Below, piece by piece: positions 1 through 8,459 of a DNA stretch of 64,000 nucleotides. Location: contig CAZWBG010000001.1 of NCBI GenBank assembly GCA_964632215.1, forward strand, positions 174,589-238,588, written 5' to 3'. Below the pieces are notes generated by a model. It ran no database searches and had not been told where the DNA came from. It saw only the letters and a program-made list of their open reading frames with translations. Positions within the stretch are counted from its first letter, which is position 1; each line of letters opens with the position of its first letter. The stretch comes from an uncultured Candidatus Saccharibacteria bacterium (lineage in GTDB: Bacteria; Patescibacteriota; Saccharimonadia; Saccharimonadales; UBA7683). The translations under genes were made by a program, and so were the position numbers.

Positions 1-41
1 GTTTACAAAACAGTTGCTCTAACCAGCTGAGCTAAGGCGGC
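1..41 (-). tRNA. tRNA-Thr (anticodon TGT), 5' part only; the 3' half lies beyond the window edge
   Basis: Reverse complement reads GCCGCCT-TA-GCTC-AGCTGGTTA-GAGC-A-ACTGT-TTTGTAA-AC. This gives the acceptor strand, D arm, anticodon stem and a 7-nt loop with T33, anticodon TGT and A37. Confidence 0.75.
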
Positions 42-66
42 ATAATCTCTTGATGAGAACTGTTAC

Positions 67-95
67 ATCATACCGAAAACGACGAATTTTAGCAA
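67..95 (-). promoter_or_regulatory. Putative sigma70-type promoter for tRNA-Thr (TTGCTA-17 nt-TATGAT)
   Basis: Minus strand has TTGCTA (95-90), a 17-nt spacer and TATGAT (72-67). The tRNA 5' end lies about 25 nt downstream. Confidence 0.4.
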
Positions 96-755
96 CTACA
101 TTACTATTTTACGAGGCTGTTTGATACGAGGTGCTTTCTGGATCTTTACTTTAGCACGCTTCATGGCAGTCTCTATCTTCTTAGCTTCCTCATCACGACC
201 CACTTTTTTATAGGCATCTGCAACCAGCATATAGGTTTGCTGGTTTGGTTGGAGTTTAGCAGCATGCTCGAGGGCCTCTACCATACGTTTTTCGTTACCA
301 AGCTTCTCTTGTACCTTTGCGTAGGCAATATAGCGTGTCGGGACGTCATCTTCTTCTTCCATAGCAGATTCAAAAGTCTTGGCGGCCTTTTGGTACTCAC
401 CTGCCTCAAGGTATACGAGGCCAAGATTGTGTAGTGTTGATGCATTTGGCTCTAAACTATGTGCGATCTCAAAACATTCAATAGCGTGGTCTAAAGACCG
501 CTGTTTGGCATATAAAATACCGAGCCGATTGTAGGCACCAGCATTACGCTCATCGAATTTTAAGATAGTAAGCAGCGCTCGCTCAGCTCGAAGGAACTTA
601 TTTTCTTTAAGTGACTGAAAAGCGTCATCCCAGAGTCGCTGTAGACGGTCACCAACTTTTTTAGTTACTAATTCTTCGGCTTGTTCTTCAGCATTGGTAA
701 GCGCATATACACTCCAACCACCGACTGCAAATAAAAATAATAGTGCATATATCAT
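96..755 (-). CDS. TPR-repeat protein with N-terminal transmembrane helix
   Basis: Hydrophobic N-terminus MIYALLFLFAVGGWSVYAL. Repeated A/Y/G-rich TPR-like units (NAGAYNRLGILYAKQ, ASTLHNLGLVYLEAGEYQKA, YMLVADAYKKVGR). Confidence 0.8.
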   Translation of the reverse strand: MIYALLFLFAVGGWSVYALTNAEEQAEELVTKKVGDRLQRLWDDAFQSLKENKFLRAERALLTILKFDERNAGAYNRLGILYAKQRSLDHAIECFEIAHSLEPNASTLHNLGLVYLEAGEYQKAAKTFESAMEEEDDVPTRYIAYAKVQEKLGNEKRMVEALEHAAKLQPNQQTYMLVADAYKKVGRDEEAKKIETAMKRAKVKIQKAPRIKQPRKIVM

Positions 756-788
756 CTCTATAAGTATACCAATCTATTCAACTACTGG

Positions 789-1613
789 CTAGAGTTGTAC
801 CGCTAAGCGGATAAGATGGATTTTTTGATTACCATTAATGGTATACAGGTTGTGGTGAGTTTCTTGAAGGAGTCTTGCCTGCCGAGTTAGCGTTTTGAGT
901 GCCTTAGGGTCAGTTTGTTGCCTCATTAGCGAGTCTACTATAACCACCAAAAATGCCGAAAGGTCACTAAACCACTCTTTCGAATAGTTTTGGTCAACTA
1001 ATGTACACAGCCTCTCGTAAACTGGGCTGCTGTAAAAGCGTTTTGCTTCAGCTACAAGGGCTTGGTGTAACTGTTTAGATTCATCATCTTTTGTAGAGGT
1101 GATAAGTTTACCAGGTAGGTTTTCGGTCGTTACGGCCAATCGCGCTAATTCAGTCTTATCATGCGCATTCAAGCTATGAACATAAGCCACAAGATCGTCT
1201 TTATGTGGTGGCGTCAGATTGACGTAGGTTGTACGCGAGACAATAGTGGGCAACATACTCTGGGAATTTTGCGTGGTTAGTATAAACTTTACGTGCTTAG
1301 GAGGCTCTTCTAGAAGCTTCAGGAAGGCGTTTTGAGCCTCACGGCTCATTGTATGCGCGTCTCGCACAATAACCAGTAGTGGGTCTCCTGTGCGTGTACG
1401 GGTGTAAAGTTCTCGTATCTGAGCTATAGATATAGCCTTGTTGTCGATAGTTTCTACTGTTATCGTGGGTTGACCAAGCTGTTCTCCTACCCAACGGGCT
1501 ACATAATATTTACCAATGCCATCTTGTCCACCAAGCAGCAAGGCGTGCCCGGGGCGCTTCAGATAGTGCTGTAGTTGCTTTTTGCTGTATGGAGAGAGAA
1601 TCGGCTCTTGCAT
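789..1613 (-). CDS. holB: DNA polymerase III delta-prime subunit
   Basis: P-loop-like LLLGGQDGIGKY and clamp-loader motif AQNAFLKLLEEPP. Size about 270 aa. Confidence 0.8.
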   Translation of the reverse strand: MQEPILSPYSKKQLQHYLKRPGHALLLGGQDGIGKYYVARWVGEQLGQPTITVETIDNKAISIAQIRELYTRTRTGDPLLVIVRDAHTMSREAQNAFLKLLEEPPKHVKFILTTQNSQSMLPTIVSRTTYVNLTPPHKDDLVAYVHSLNAHDKTELARLAVTTENLPGKLITSTKDDESKQLHQALVAEAKRFYSSPVYERLCTLVDQNYSKEWFSDLSAFLVVIVDSLMRQQTDPKALKTLTRQARLLQETHHNLYTINGNQKIHLIRLAVQL

Positions 1614-1616
1614 AAC

Positions 1617-2483
1617 CTAAAGATGAGTTAATTCTTGTGGCAAAGGCGCCTCAAACTGTTTGGTTTCACCACTCGGTAGGGTCAATTTAAGCTTCCAAGC
1701 GTGCAGATACAGCCTATCAGCTGGTTCTGTGCCGTAAAGTTCGTCGCCAACGATTGGCTTTTTAAGATAGGTTAGGTGAACTCTGAGCTGGTGGGTGCGG
1801 CCCGTTACGGGGTACAGTTCAACCAAAGAGTGGTTATCATCAGCCTGCATGACCTTAAATTTAGTTTGGGCAGCTTTTCCGTTCATACCTGCTCGGAATG
1901 TAGCGGGTTTTTTAGGATTGCGCTCAATTGGTACATCAATCATACCTTCATCTTCTGGTAGACGACCGCTTATTTTTGCCAAATAGGTTTTTTGCGCGTG
2001 ACGATTGGCAAACTCTCGCTGTAAGTGTTGTGCGGCTTTCTCATTCTTTGCACAGATGATAACACCACTTGTCACGCGGTCAAGCCGATGTACAATGCCT
2101 GCTCGGTTTGTCTGTCTCCATTCGTCTGTTCCTGTAAGCTTTCTCGTAAGAAAACTGGCCACTGTAGGCTCAAGATTCAATATACCCTTACTATGTGTCA
2201 GAACACCAGTGGGTTTATTTATAACTATTACGTCATCATCTTCATAGATTACGGGCAGTTCTAGTTCTTCGGGCACTAATTTCAGACTATCAAGATCTAC
2301 CTGTATGACATCGCCAGGCTTCATTTTATACTTAGTTTTTACATGCACATCATTTACAGTAATTGAAGCATTGTCGATAAGTTTACTCAGTAACGCCCGT
2401 GAATAATCTGTATAAATAGCCGCAAGTACTTTATCTAGACGCTCACCAACTACAAATTCCGTAACTGTCTCTTTTTTGCTCAT
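1617..2483 (-). CDS. rluD: RluA-family 23S rRNA pseudouridine synthase (RluD-like, S4 domain plus catalytic domain)
   Basis: N-terminal S4-like RLDKVLA. Catalytic HRLDRVTSG motif. Confidence 0.85.
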   Translation of the reverse strand: MSKKETVTEFVVGERLDKVLAAIYTDYSRALLSKLIDNASITVNDVHVKTKYKMKPGDVIQVDLDSLKLVPEELELPVIYEDDDVIVINKPTGVLTHSKGILNLEPTVASFLTRKLTGTDEWRQTNRAGIVHRLDRVTSGVIICAKNEKAAQHLQREFANRHAQKTYLAKISGRLPEDEGMIDVPIERNPKKPATFRAGMNGKAAQTKFKVMQADDNHSLVELYPVTGRTHQLRVHLTYLKKPIVGDELYGTEPADRLYLHAWKLKLTLPSGETKQFEAPLPQELTHL

Positions 2484-2532
2484 CCTTCTATTGTACTATC
2501 AATCAGCTGTAAAGATGTGACCGAACTAGGTT

Positions 2533-3657
2533 TTACCGTAAACCGACAGCTTTTTGAACTCTAAGGAGGGTTGTGTTAGCAATTTTGTTCATTTCCTCCT
2601 CTGATACTTCTAATTTAGCTTGCAGTGCTTCTTCATCCACCTGGGCAAGTTTAGTCTGAAAATCTGTTAAAAATACCTCCATAGCCTCTGCGGTGGCTTT
2701 TTTAAGCTCACCGTACTGCGTTTGGCCTTCATAGGTGTCAGTGACCGCTTCAAGGTCTTTGCCTCTCAGAAGGGCTAGAATTTGAAGTAGATTGCTTATT
2801 CCTGGCTGATTTACGGGGTCGTAATTAATTACACCAAGACTATCGGTTGTAGCGCCCATTATCTTTTTAGCAGCAGTCTTAGGATCATCACCCAAAAAAA
2901 TGATACCCTTGCCAGATTCGTCTGACTTACTCATCTTTTTAGTAGGGTCAACGAGATCCTTAATACGTAGCCCTTGTTCTTTGCCAAAAAATTCATGTTG
3001 TTCTTTTACGGTCTTCGGGATAGTAAATAGTCCTTGGTTGAATTTCGTGTTGAGTCGTTGACTAAGATCACGAGTAATTTCAAGATGCTGCGATTGGTCA
3101 TCGCCCACCGGTACGTACAAAGCGCCATAAAGCAAGATATCTGCAGCCATAAGCACTGGGTAGTCGAACAGACCTACGGATACTCTGGGTTTTATGTTCT
3201 CCACTACTGTTTCTTTCATACGTTCCAGTACCACTGTGTCGTGCTCTCCATTTAGCTGGGCGTTAAATACTTCAGAATTCTCTCGATAAAGTTTTTTCGA
3301 TTTATCTTTAAACTGAGTCATACGTTCCATTTCACCCATACCAGTGAAGCTATTGAGAATCACAGTTAATTCACTGTGAGCTGGTACATAGCTTTGTCGG
3401 TAGATATAAACATCTGAATTATCCAGCGGTAAGCCAGCTGCCACAAAAATCTGTAGGTTATGCATTATTTGTGCTTGAAGTTGTGAGTGGTCGATCGGGG
3501 TTGTAAAACTATGTAGATCTGGCACGAACAGGTTGATTTGGTATTCACCGGCATGCTCTTTGGCCATGTCTATTAAAGGTAATAATGCACCAAAATAGTT
3601 ACCGATATGTAGATCGTTATTTGCACGGAGACCGGTTAATATTACTGGCTTGTTCAT
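2533..3657 (-). CDS. trpS: Tryptophan--tRNA ligase
   Basis: Class I signatures HIGNYFGA (HIGH) and KMSKS. TrpRS-like N-terminus ILTGLRANNDLHIGNY. Confidence 0.9.
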   Translation of the reverse strand: MNKPVILTGLRANNDLHIGNYFGALLPLIDMAKEHAGEYQINLFVPDLHSFTTPIDHSQLQAQIMHNLQIFVAAGLPLDNSDVYIYRQSYVPAHSELTVILNSFTGMGEMERMTQFKDKSKKLYRENSEVFNAQLNGEHDTVVLERMKETVVENIKPRVSVGLFDYPVLMAADILLYGALYVPVGDDQSQHLEITRDLSQRLNTKFNQGLFTIPKTVKEQHEFFGKEQGLRIKDLVDPTKKMSKSDESGKGIIFLGDDPKTAAKKIMGATTDSLGVINYDPVNQPGISNLLQILALLRGKDLEAVTDTYEGQTQYGELKKATAEAMEVFLTDFQTKLAQVDEEALQAKLEVSEEEMNKIANTTLLRVQKAVGLR

Positions 3658-3704
3658 AATTGATCTCTATTATAACGTATATTTTTCGAATAAGCTTTAA
3701 TTAG

Positions 3705-4277
3705 CTACCAGAGGGTACGACCAAGAAAGACGAGAGCGGTTATACCAAGAGCATTAAGGAAGAGGCAAATACTCAATAGCTCCCAGCGCTTCAGATGCGA
3801 AAGATCAAGCAGCGCCAAGCCCATTTCATCTGGTAGTGGTGTGCTAATAATAAAACCCCCTAAGACACGCACTATCCATCTACCGTAGCGCGTGTACTGC
3901 AGTTTCCGTATACCATCCAGAATTTTCAGTTTTCGCATCAATGGCTTAAGCTCATAAATAACCTGGTCTTCAAAGAAGTGTAGGATAACCCAGTCGCCCA
4001 CTACTGAACCAAGAGTTGCAAGCCCTATAATCAGCCATGGGTTCAGTGTTTGGGATATCTCGATTAGTAAGATGGCCGCTGGAAGTGCCGTAAAAAAGGA
4101 GACACTAAAAAATCCTGCCACAAAAGCAGCTCCGTAATGTAGCGCTCTTAACCATTCAAATATAGTGGCAATCAAGGCACTGTCGAAGAGAAAAAGAAGC
4201 AGCAGAATAATAATTAGGGTTATACTGCTGTGTTTGTATTCGAATTTACGCCACTGAGCGCCCAGTGTTCTAAGCAT
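3705..4277 (-). CDS. Hypothetical polytopic membrane protein
   Basis: Multiple hydrophobic segments. A -10-like TGgTACAAT sits 7 nt upstream of the ATG. Confidence 0.6.
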   Translation of the reverse strand: MLRTLGAQWRKFEYKHSSITLIIILLLLFLFDSALIATIFEWLRALHYGAAFVAGFFSVSFFTALPAAILLIEISQTLNPWLIIGLATLGSVVGDWVILHFFEDQVIYELKPLMRKLKILDGIRKLQYTRYGRWIVRVLGGFIISTPLPDEMGLALLDLSHLKRWELLSICLFLNALGITALVFLGRTLW

Positions 4278-4351
4278 AGGTTCTATTGTACCAACATTAT
4301 AGAAAACACCCCAACGATAGGAGTGCTTTCTAGGGTAACGTAAGTGTAATA

Positions 4352-4750
4352 CTAACGTTTAGAGAACTGTTCTTTACGACGTGCACCCTTAAGACCAGGC
4401 TTCTTACGCTCTTTCTCACGTGGATCACGCTTGAGCAGGCGATTCTTCTTAAGAGTTGATCGTAGATCGTCGTCTAGAGCACTCAACGCTTTGGCGATAG
4501 CAAGTTTACTCGCACCAATTTGTGAATGATGACCACCACCCTCAACCTTAAGGCTGATGTCAAAAGATTCAGTCTTCTGTAAAAGTCGCAGTGGCTCAGT
4601 TAGCTCAAACAAAAATGCTTCGTTATTGCTTAAATAGTCGGCTGCTGGTTGGTCATTCATGGTGATAATACCCTTACCACTTACTAAACGAGCTCGTGCA
4701 GTAGCGCTCTTACGACGGCCCAATCCGTAGAAATATTCATTCTTAGGCAT
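4352..4750 (-). CDS. rpsI: 30S ribosomal protein S9
   Basis: GLGRRKSATARARL and C-terminal KEQFSKR. Follows rplM. Confidence 0.97.
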   Translation of the reverse strand: MPKNEYFYGLGRRKSATARARLVSGKGIITMNDQPAADYLSNNEAFLFELTEPLRLLQKTESFDISLKVEGGGHHSQIGASKLAIAKALSALDDDLRSTLKKNRLLKRDPREKERKKPGLKGARRKEQFSKR

Positions 4751-5201
4751 GTTTTACCTCATCTTTATTAAACACCGTGATTTTCTCAGGCTTCTGAGCG
4801 GTATGTTCGTGCTCTTCTCCTGCAAAGACCTTCAGGCGAGCAAGACGTTCTTTAAGTAGCTTGTTTTTAGGTAGCATGCCCTTTACAGCAAGTTCAATAA
4901 CAGCAGTTGGGTTCTTCTCAAGCTTGTCTTTAAGAGACATCTCTTTAAGGCCACCCGGAAAACCGCTATGTCGGTAGTACTTTTTGTCGATGAGCTTATT
5001 GCCAGTCACTACGGTTTTAGTAGCATTGATAACTACTACGTAGTCACCACCATCGATATTAGCGCTGTAGGTGGGTTTGTGCTTACCAATAAGGTAGTTT
5101 GAGGCTAATGTAGCCGTACGTCCTAGTGGTGCTTCTGACGCATCTATGATCACCCAGTTATGAGTAACTTCAGAAGGTTTTACTGAGTAAGTTTTTTTCA
5201 T
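4743..5201 (-). CDS. rplM: 50S ribosomal protein L13
   Basis: N-terminus KTYSVKPSEVTHNWVIIDA. Conserved rplM-rpsI pair. Confidence 0.97.
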   Translation of the reverse strand: MKKTYSVKPSEVTHNWVIIDASEAPLGRTATLASNYLIGKHKPTYSANIDGGDYVVVINATKTVVTGNKLIDKKYYRHSGFPGGLKEMSLKDKLEKNPTAVIELAVKGMLPKNKLLKERLARLKVFAGEEHEHTAQKPEKITVFNKDEVKHA

Positions 5202-5623
5202 TATTTAGATTCCTTCGCTGCAGCTACTGCCTTTTTAGGAGCAGTCTTTGCTGCTGGTTTCTTCTCAATATCATCAACAAAGCTGATTTGAGCCATTTGG
5301 GTATTATCACCTCGACGCAGAACTGTTCGCTTAATACGTACAAAACCGCTTGTTCGAGTCATAGCTGGTGCAATTTGATCAACGAGCTTGTGAGCTGCAG
5401 ATACACTAGCGAGGCTTGAGACAAGCTGTCTGCGTTCGTGGAGTCCACCCTTGCGGGCTTTGCTAACGAGTTTTTCAAAAGCGGGCCGTAGTTCCTTGGC
5501 TTTTGGCAAGGTAGTCTCAATGCTACCGTGTTCAATTAAAGAGACGGCCAGTCCGCGCATTAAAGCACGGCGCTGATCACGCTCTCGTCCAAGTTTTCGA
5601 CCCTTATATCCGTGTCGGTGCAT
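5201..5623 (-). CDS. rplQ: 50S ribosomal protein L17
   Basis: MHRHGYKGRKLGRERDQRRALMRGLA. Follows rpoA. Confidence 0.97.
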   Translation of the reverse strand: MHRHGYKGRKLGRERDQRRALMRGLAVSLIEHGSIETTLPKAKELRPAFEKLVSKARKGGLHERRQLVSSLASVSAAHKLVDQIAPAMTRTSGFVRIKRTVLRRGDNTQMAQISFVDDIEKKPAAKTAPKKAVAAAKESK

Positions 5624-6547
5624 TTAGAACTCCAACTCTGCCATCTTATCTTTAACCTCATCAAGTGCTTTGCTACCAAAGCCTTTAAGCTCACGGAGTT
5701 CTACCTCGCCTAGAGTAACGAGCTCGCCTACTGTGCGAATACCGTTATTAAGTAGAGCATTAGCAGTCCGAGCACTCAAGTTAAGATCTTCGATAGATGT
5801 CATAAGTACGGCGGCATCATCTGTCGTAACTACCTGGGTAAGTGGTTGAGCAGCAGTAACTGTGGTGCTACCAGCAAGTGCTGTGTACTGATTAACCAAG
5901 ATCGCAGCAGCTTCTTCAAATGCATCACGCGGAGTGATCGTGCCATCGGTGTCGATAGTAATGAGTAGCTTGTCGAGGTCGGTCATCTGACCTACGCGAG
6001 TACTTTCTACTCGGTAACGAACACGCAAGACTGGTGTAAAGAGTGCGTCGATTGCAATCATATCACTTGGTTTGCTACTTGCAGGCGTTGCCTCAATAGT
6101 ACGGTAGCCACGGCCAGTCTCAACTAGAATATCCATAATAAAAGGTTTAGCGCTGTCGAGCGTTGCAATAACCTGTTCAGGATTTACTACTTCGACTTGG
6201 TCGGTAAGCTGAATATCACCGGCAGTGATTTCGCCTTTTTTGTTCTTTTCAATTCGAACGAGTACAGGTTCATCGCTGAAAACCTTAAAACGAACTTGCT
6301 TAAGGTTAAGCATAATGTCTACGACATCTTCTTTTACGCCTTCAACAGTTGTAAATTCGTGAGTGATACCTTCAATCTTAAAGGCTACCGGTGAAGCGCC
6401 AGCAATACTAGAGAGTAATACTCGTCGCATTGAGTTACCAAGTGTCATACCGTAGCCGGTGTGTAGAGGCTCAATTACGAAGGTTGCACTAGTTTTGCTG
6501 TGATCGTCTACTGACGCGAGTGTTGGGTTGTGAATCATTTTTGACAT
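5624..6547 (-). CDS. rpoA: DNA-directed RNA polymerase alpha subunit
   Basis: NTD GNSMRRVLLSSI and CTD LNLSARTANAL. Position between rpsD and rplQ. Confidence 0.97.
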   Translation of the reverse strand: MSKMIHNPTLASVDDHSKTSATFVIEPLHTGYGMTLGNSMRRVLLSSIAGASPVAFKIEGITHEFTTVEGVKEDVVDIMLNLKQVRFKVFSDEPVLVRIEKNKKGEITAGDIQLTDQVEVVNPEQVIATLDSAKPFIMDILVETGRGYRTIEATPASSKPSDMIAIDALFTPVLRVRYRVESTRVGQMTDLDKLLITIDTDGTITPRDAFEEAAAILVNQYTALAGSTTVTAAQPLTQVVTTDDAAVLMTSIEDLNLSARTANALLNNGIRTVGELVTLGEVELRELKGFGSKALDEVKDKMAELEF

Positions 6548-6562
6548 AAGTTTCTCCTTTAC

Positions 6563-7180
6563 TTAACGTGAGTAGTATTCTACGATCAGTTGTTCGTTAA
6601 TATCTGGTTCCATCTCTTCACGAGTTGGTAGACCAGTGACTTTGATTGACATTTTCTTGACGTCGCTTGTTAACCAGCTCATATTTGCTTGGTTTGCAGT
6701 ACTAGCAATATCGGCAAGCTGTGCGAAATATTCATTTTTAGCACTTTTTGGACGAGCGACAATCTCGTCTCCGGCAGAAACCCTAATGGAAGGAATGTCT
6801 ACACGACGACCGTTGAGCATAAAGTGTCCATGGCCAACTAATTGACGAGCAGCACGGCGAGAGGTTGCAAAACCAGCGCGGTACACAACGTTGTCTAGTC
6901 GCTGTTCGAGTAGCACAAGTAGGATCTGACCAGCTTGGCCACGAGAACGAGTTGCTTCTTTCATCAGGTTTCTAAATTGCTTCTCAAGCAGGCCGTATAG
7001 TCGGCGAACCTTTTGCTTCTCACGCAGTTGCAGTGAGTAACCACTTGGCTTGTTTGGTCGTCGAGTACCTTGCTCACCAGGCATATTCGTACGTTTCGCC
7101 ATAATTTTGTGAGCTTTCGGATGAAGCGCGTAGCCTTCACGCCGACTCTGTTTTACAATAGGTGATCTATCTCGTGCCAT
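6563..7180 (-). CDS. rpsD: 30S ribosomal protein S4
   Basis: The ORF-track start 7213 overlaps rpsK. ATG at 7180 (MARDRSPIVKQSRREG) lies just after the rpsK stop. Contains YGLLEKQFRN. Confidence 0.95.
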   Translation of the reverse strand: MARDRSPIVKQSRREGYALHPKAHKIMAKRTNMPGEQGTRRPNKPSGYSLQLREKQKVRRLYGLLEKQFRNLMKEATRSRGQAGQILLVLLEQRLDNVVYRAGFATSRRAARQLVGHGHFMLNGRRVDIPSIRVSAGDEIVARPKSAKNEYFAQLADIASTANQANMSWLTSDVKKMSIKVTGLPTREEMEPDINEQLIVEYYSR

Positions 7181-7182
7181 AA

Positions 7183-7575
7183 TTAAGCCCTTCGAGCCTT
7201 TCGTGGACGACATCCACCATGAGGTATACCAGTTTTATCAATAATCGCATCAATTTCGATACCAGCAGTTTGAGTAGCACGCATTGCAGCGTCTCGACCT
7301 TGGCCGATACCATTCACAAATATGTCTACTATACTGAGGTTATGATTCTGCTTCGCATTTGTGAGCGCTTTTTCACTAGCGATCTGAGCGGCGTAAGCAG
7401 TACCTTTTTTGCTACCACGAAAGCCACAGGCACCAGCGCTTGCGGTAGTAATAACTTCACCTTTTTTGTCGGTGACCGTTACGATAGTATTATTAAAGGT
7501 AGCTTTAATATGTAGCTGACCCGCCGAAACGGTTCGCTTTGCTTTCTTTTTACGACTGACTGTGGCTTCTGCCAT
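7183..7575 (-). CDS. rpsK: 30S ribosomal protein S11
   Basis: HIKATFNNTIVTVTD signature. Confidence 0.97.
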   Translation of the reverse strand: MAEATVSRKKKAKRTVSAGQLHIKATFNNTIVTVTDKKGEVITTASAGACGFRGSKKGTAYAAQIASEKALTNAKQNHNLSIVDIFVNGIGQGRDAAMRATQTAGIEIDAIIDKTGIPHGGCRPRKARRA

Positions 7576-7604
7576 ATATACAAACTCCTTGGTCCTTCTC
7601 GTTA

Positions 7605-7991
7605 TTACGTCTTAGATGCTGATTTAGGTTGAGTGCCACCTATGGCAATCTTTTTACCACGTTTAGTACGAGCATTCGTACGTGTACGCTGCCCATGAGC
7701 AGGTAAGCCGGCCTTGTGACGAATACCACGGTAACTATTAATGTCCTTAAGACGCTTAATATTGCCCGTGACAATACGCTGCAAATCACCTTCGACGACA
7801 TAATTTTTGTCAATCTCGTTGCGGATTGCGTCAACTTCAGCTTCGGTAAGATCCTTTACTCGCGTAGTTGGATCTATACCAATAGCCGCAACAATTTTCT
7901 TTGCGTGTGTTGGGCCAATGCCATAGACATACGTTAAGCTAATTTGTACTTGCTTCTCAGTTGGAATAGTAACACCTGCAATACGAGCCAT
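7605..7991 (-). CDS. rpsM: 30S ribosomal protein S13
   Basis: [11 protein letters not shown]-terminus and basic C-terminus. Confidence 0.97.
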   Translation of the reverse strand: MARIAGVTIPTEKQVQISLTYVYGIGPTHAKKIVAAIGIDPTTRVKDLTEAEVDAIRNEIDKNYVVEGDLQRIVTGNIKRLKDINSYRGIRHKAGLPAHGQRTRTNARTKRGKKIAIGGTQPKSASKT

Positions 7992-7993
7992 AT

Positions 7994-8110
7994 TTAACCT
8001 TGCCTCTGCTTATGTTTAGGTTTCTTTTTGTTAATAACATAAAGACGACCTTTACGACGTACAAGTTGGTCGTCGGGACTAATTTTTTTAACGCTAGCAC
8101 GTACTTTCAC
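7994..8110 (-). CDS. rpmJ: 50S ribosomal protein L36 (non-zinc, C-minus form)
   Basis: Below the ORF-track size cutoff. GTG start at 8110. Translation is [38 protein letters not shown], with L36 signatures MKVRASVKK and PKHKQRQG. Canonical position between infA and rpsM. Confidence 0.9.
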   Translation of the reverse strand: MKVRASVKKISPDDQLVRRKGRLYVINKKKPKHKQRQG

Positions 8111-8139
8111 GCGTTTCTCCTCGCGGCGGCTTAAATTTA

Positions 8140-8358
8140 TTACTTGCGGTAGGTGATTCTGCCCTTTGTAAGATCGTAAGGGGTTAACTCAACCGTCACG
8201 CTATCACCCTGTACAAGCTTTATATAATGCTTTCGCATCTTGCCTGCTACATGAGCGATGATCTGATGACCGTTTTCCAACTCAACACGAAACTGAGCAC
8301 CAGGAAGTGCTTCTACTACTGTTCCTGTAAGTTGGATTACTTCCTTGTTAACGGCCAT
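8140..8358 (-). CDS. infA: Translation initiation factor IF-1
   Basis: 72 aa S1-like protein with [16 protein letters not shown] and [13 protein letters not shown]. Confidence 0.97.
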   Translation of the reverse strand: MAVNKEVIQLTGTVVEALPGAQFRVELENGHQIIAHVAGKMRKHYIKLVQGDSVTVELTPYDLTKGRITYRK

Positions 8359-8373
8359 AAGCTACAAGATACA

Positions 8374-8402
8374 ATTATACAGATACTACCAGATAATGTA
8401 AA
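8374..8402 (-). promoter_or_regulatory. Putative internal promoter for infA-rpmJ-rpsM-rpsK-rpsD-rpoA-rplQ (TTTACA-17 nt-TATAAT)
   Basis: Minus strand has TTTACA (8402-8397), a 17-nt spacer and TATAAT (8379-8374) in the secY-infA gap. Confidence 0.5.
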
Positions 8403-8459
8403 GTGTTATTTTCAATTCGGTCAACTGGTGAAGCTTTTCTAGTCACTTGGGATCAAGAC

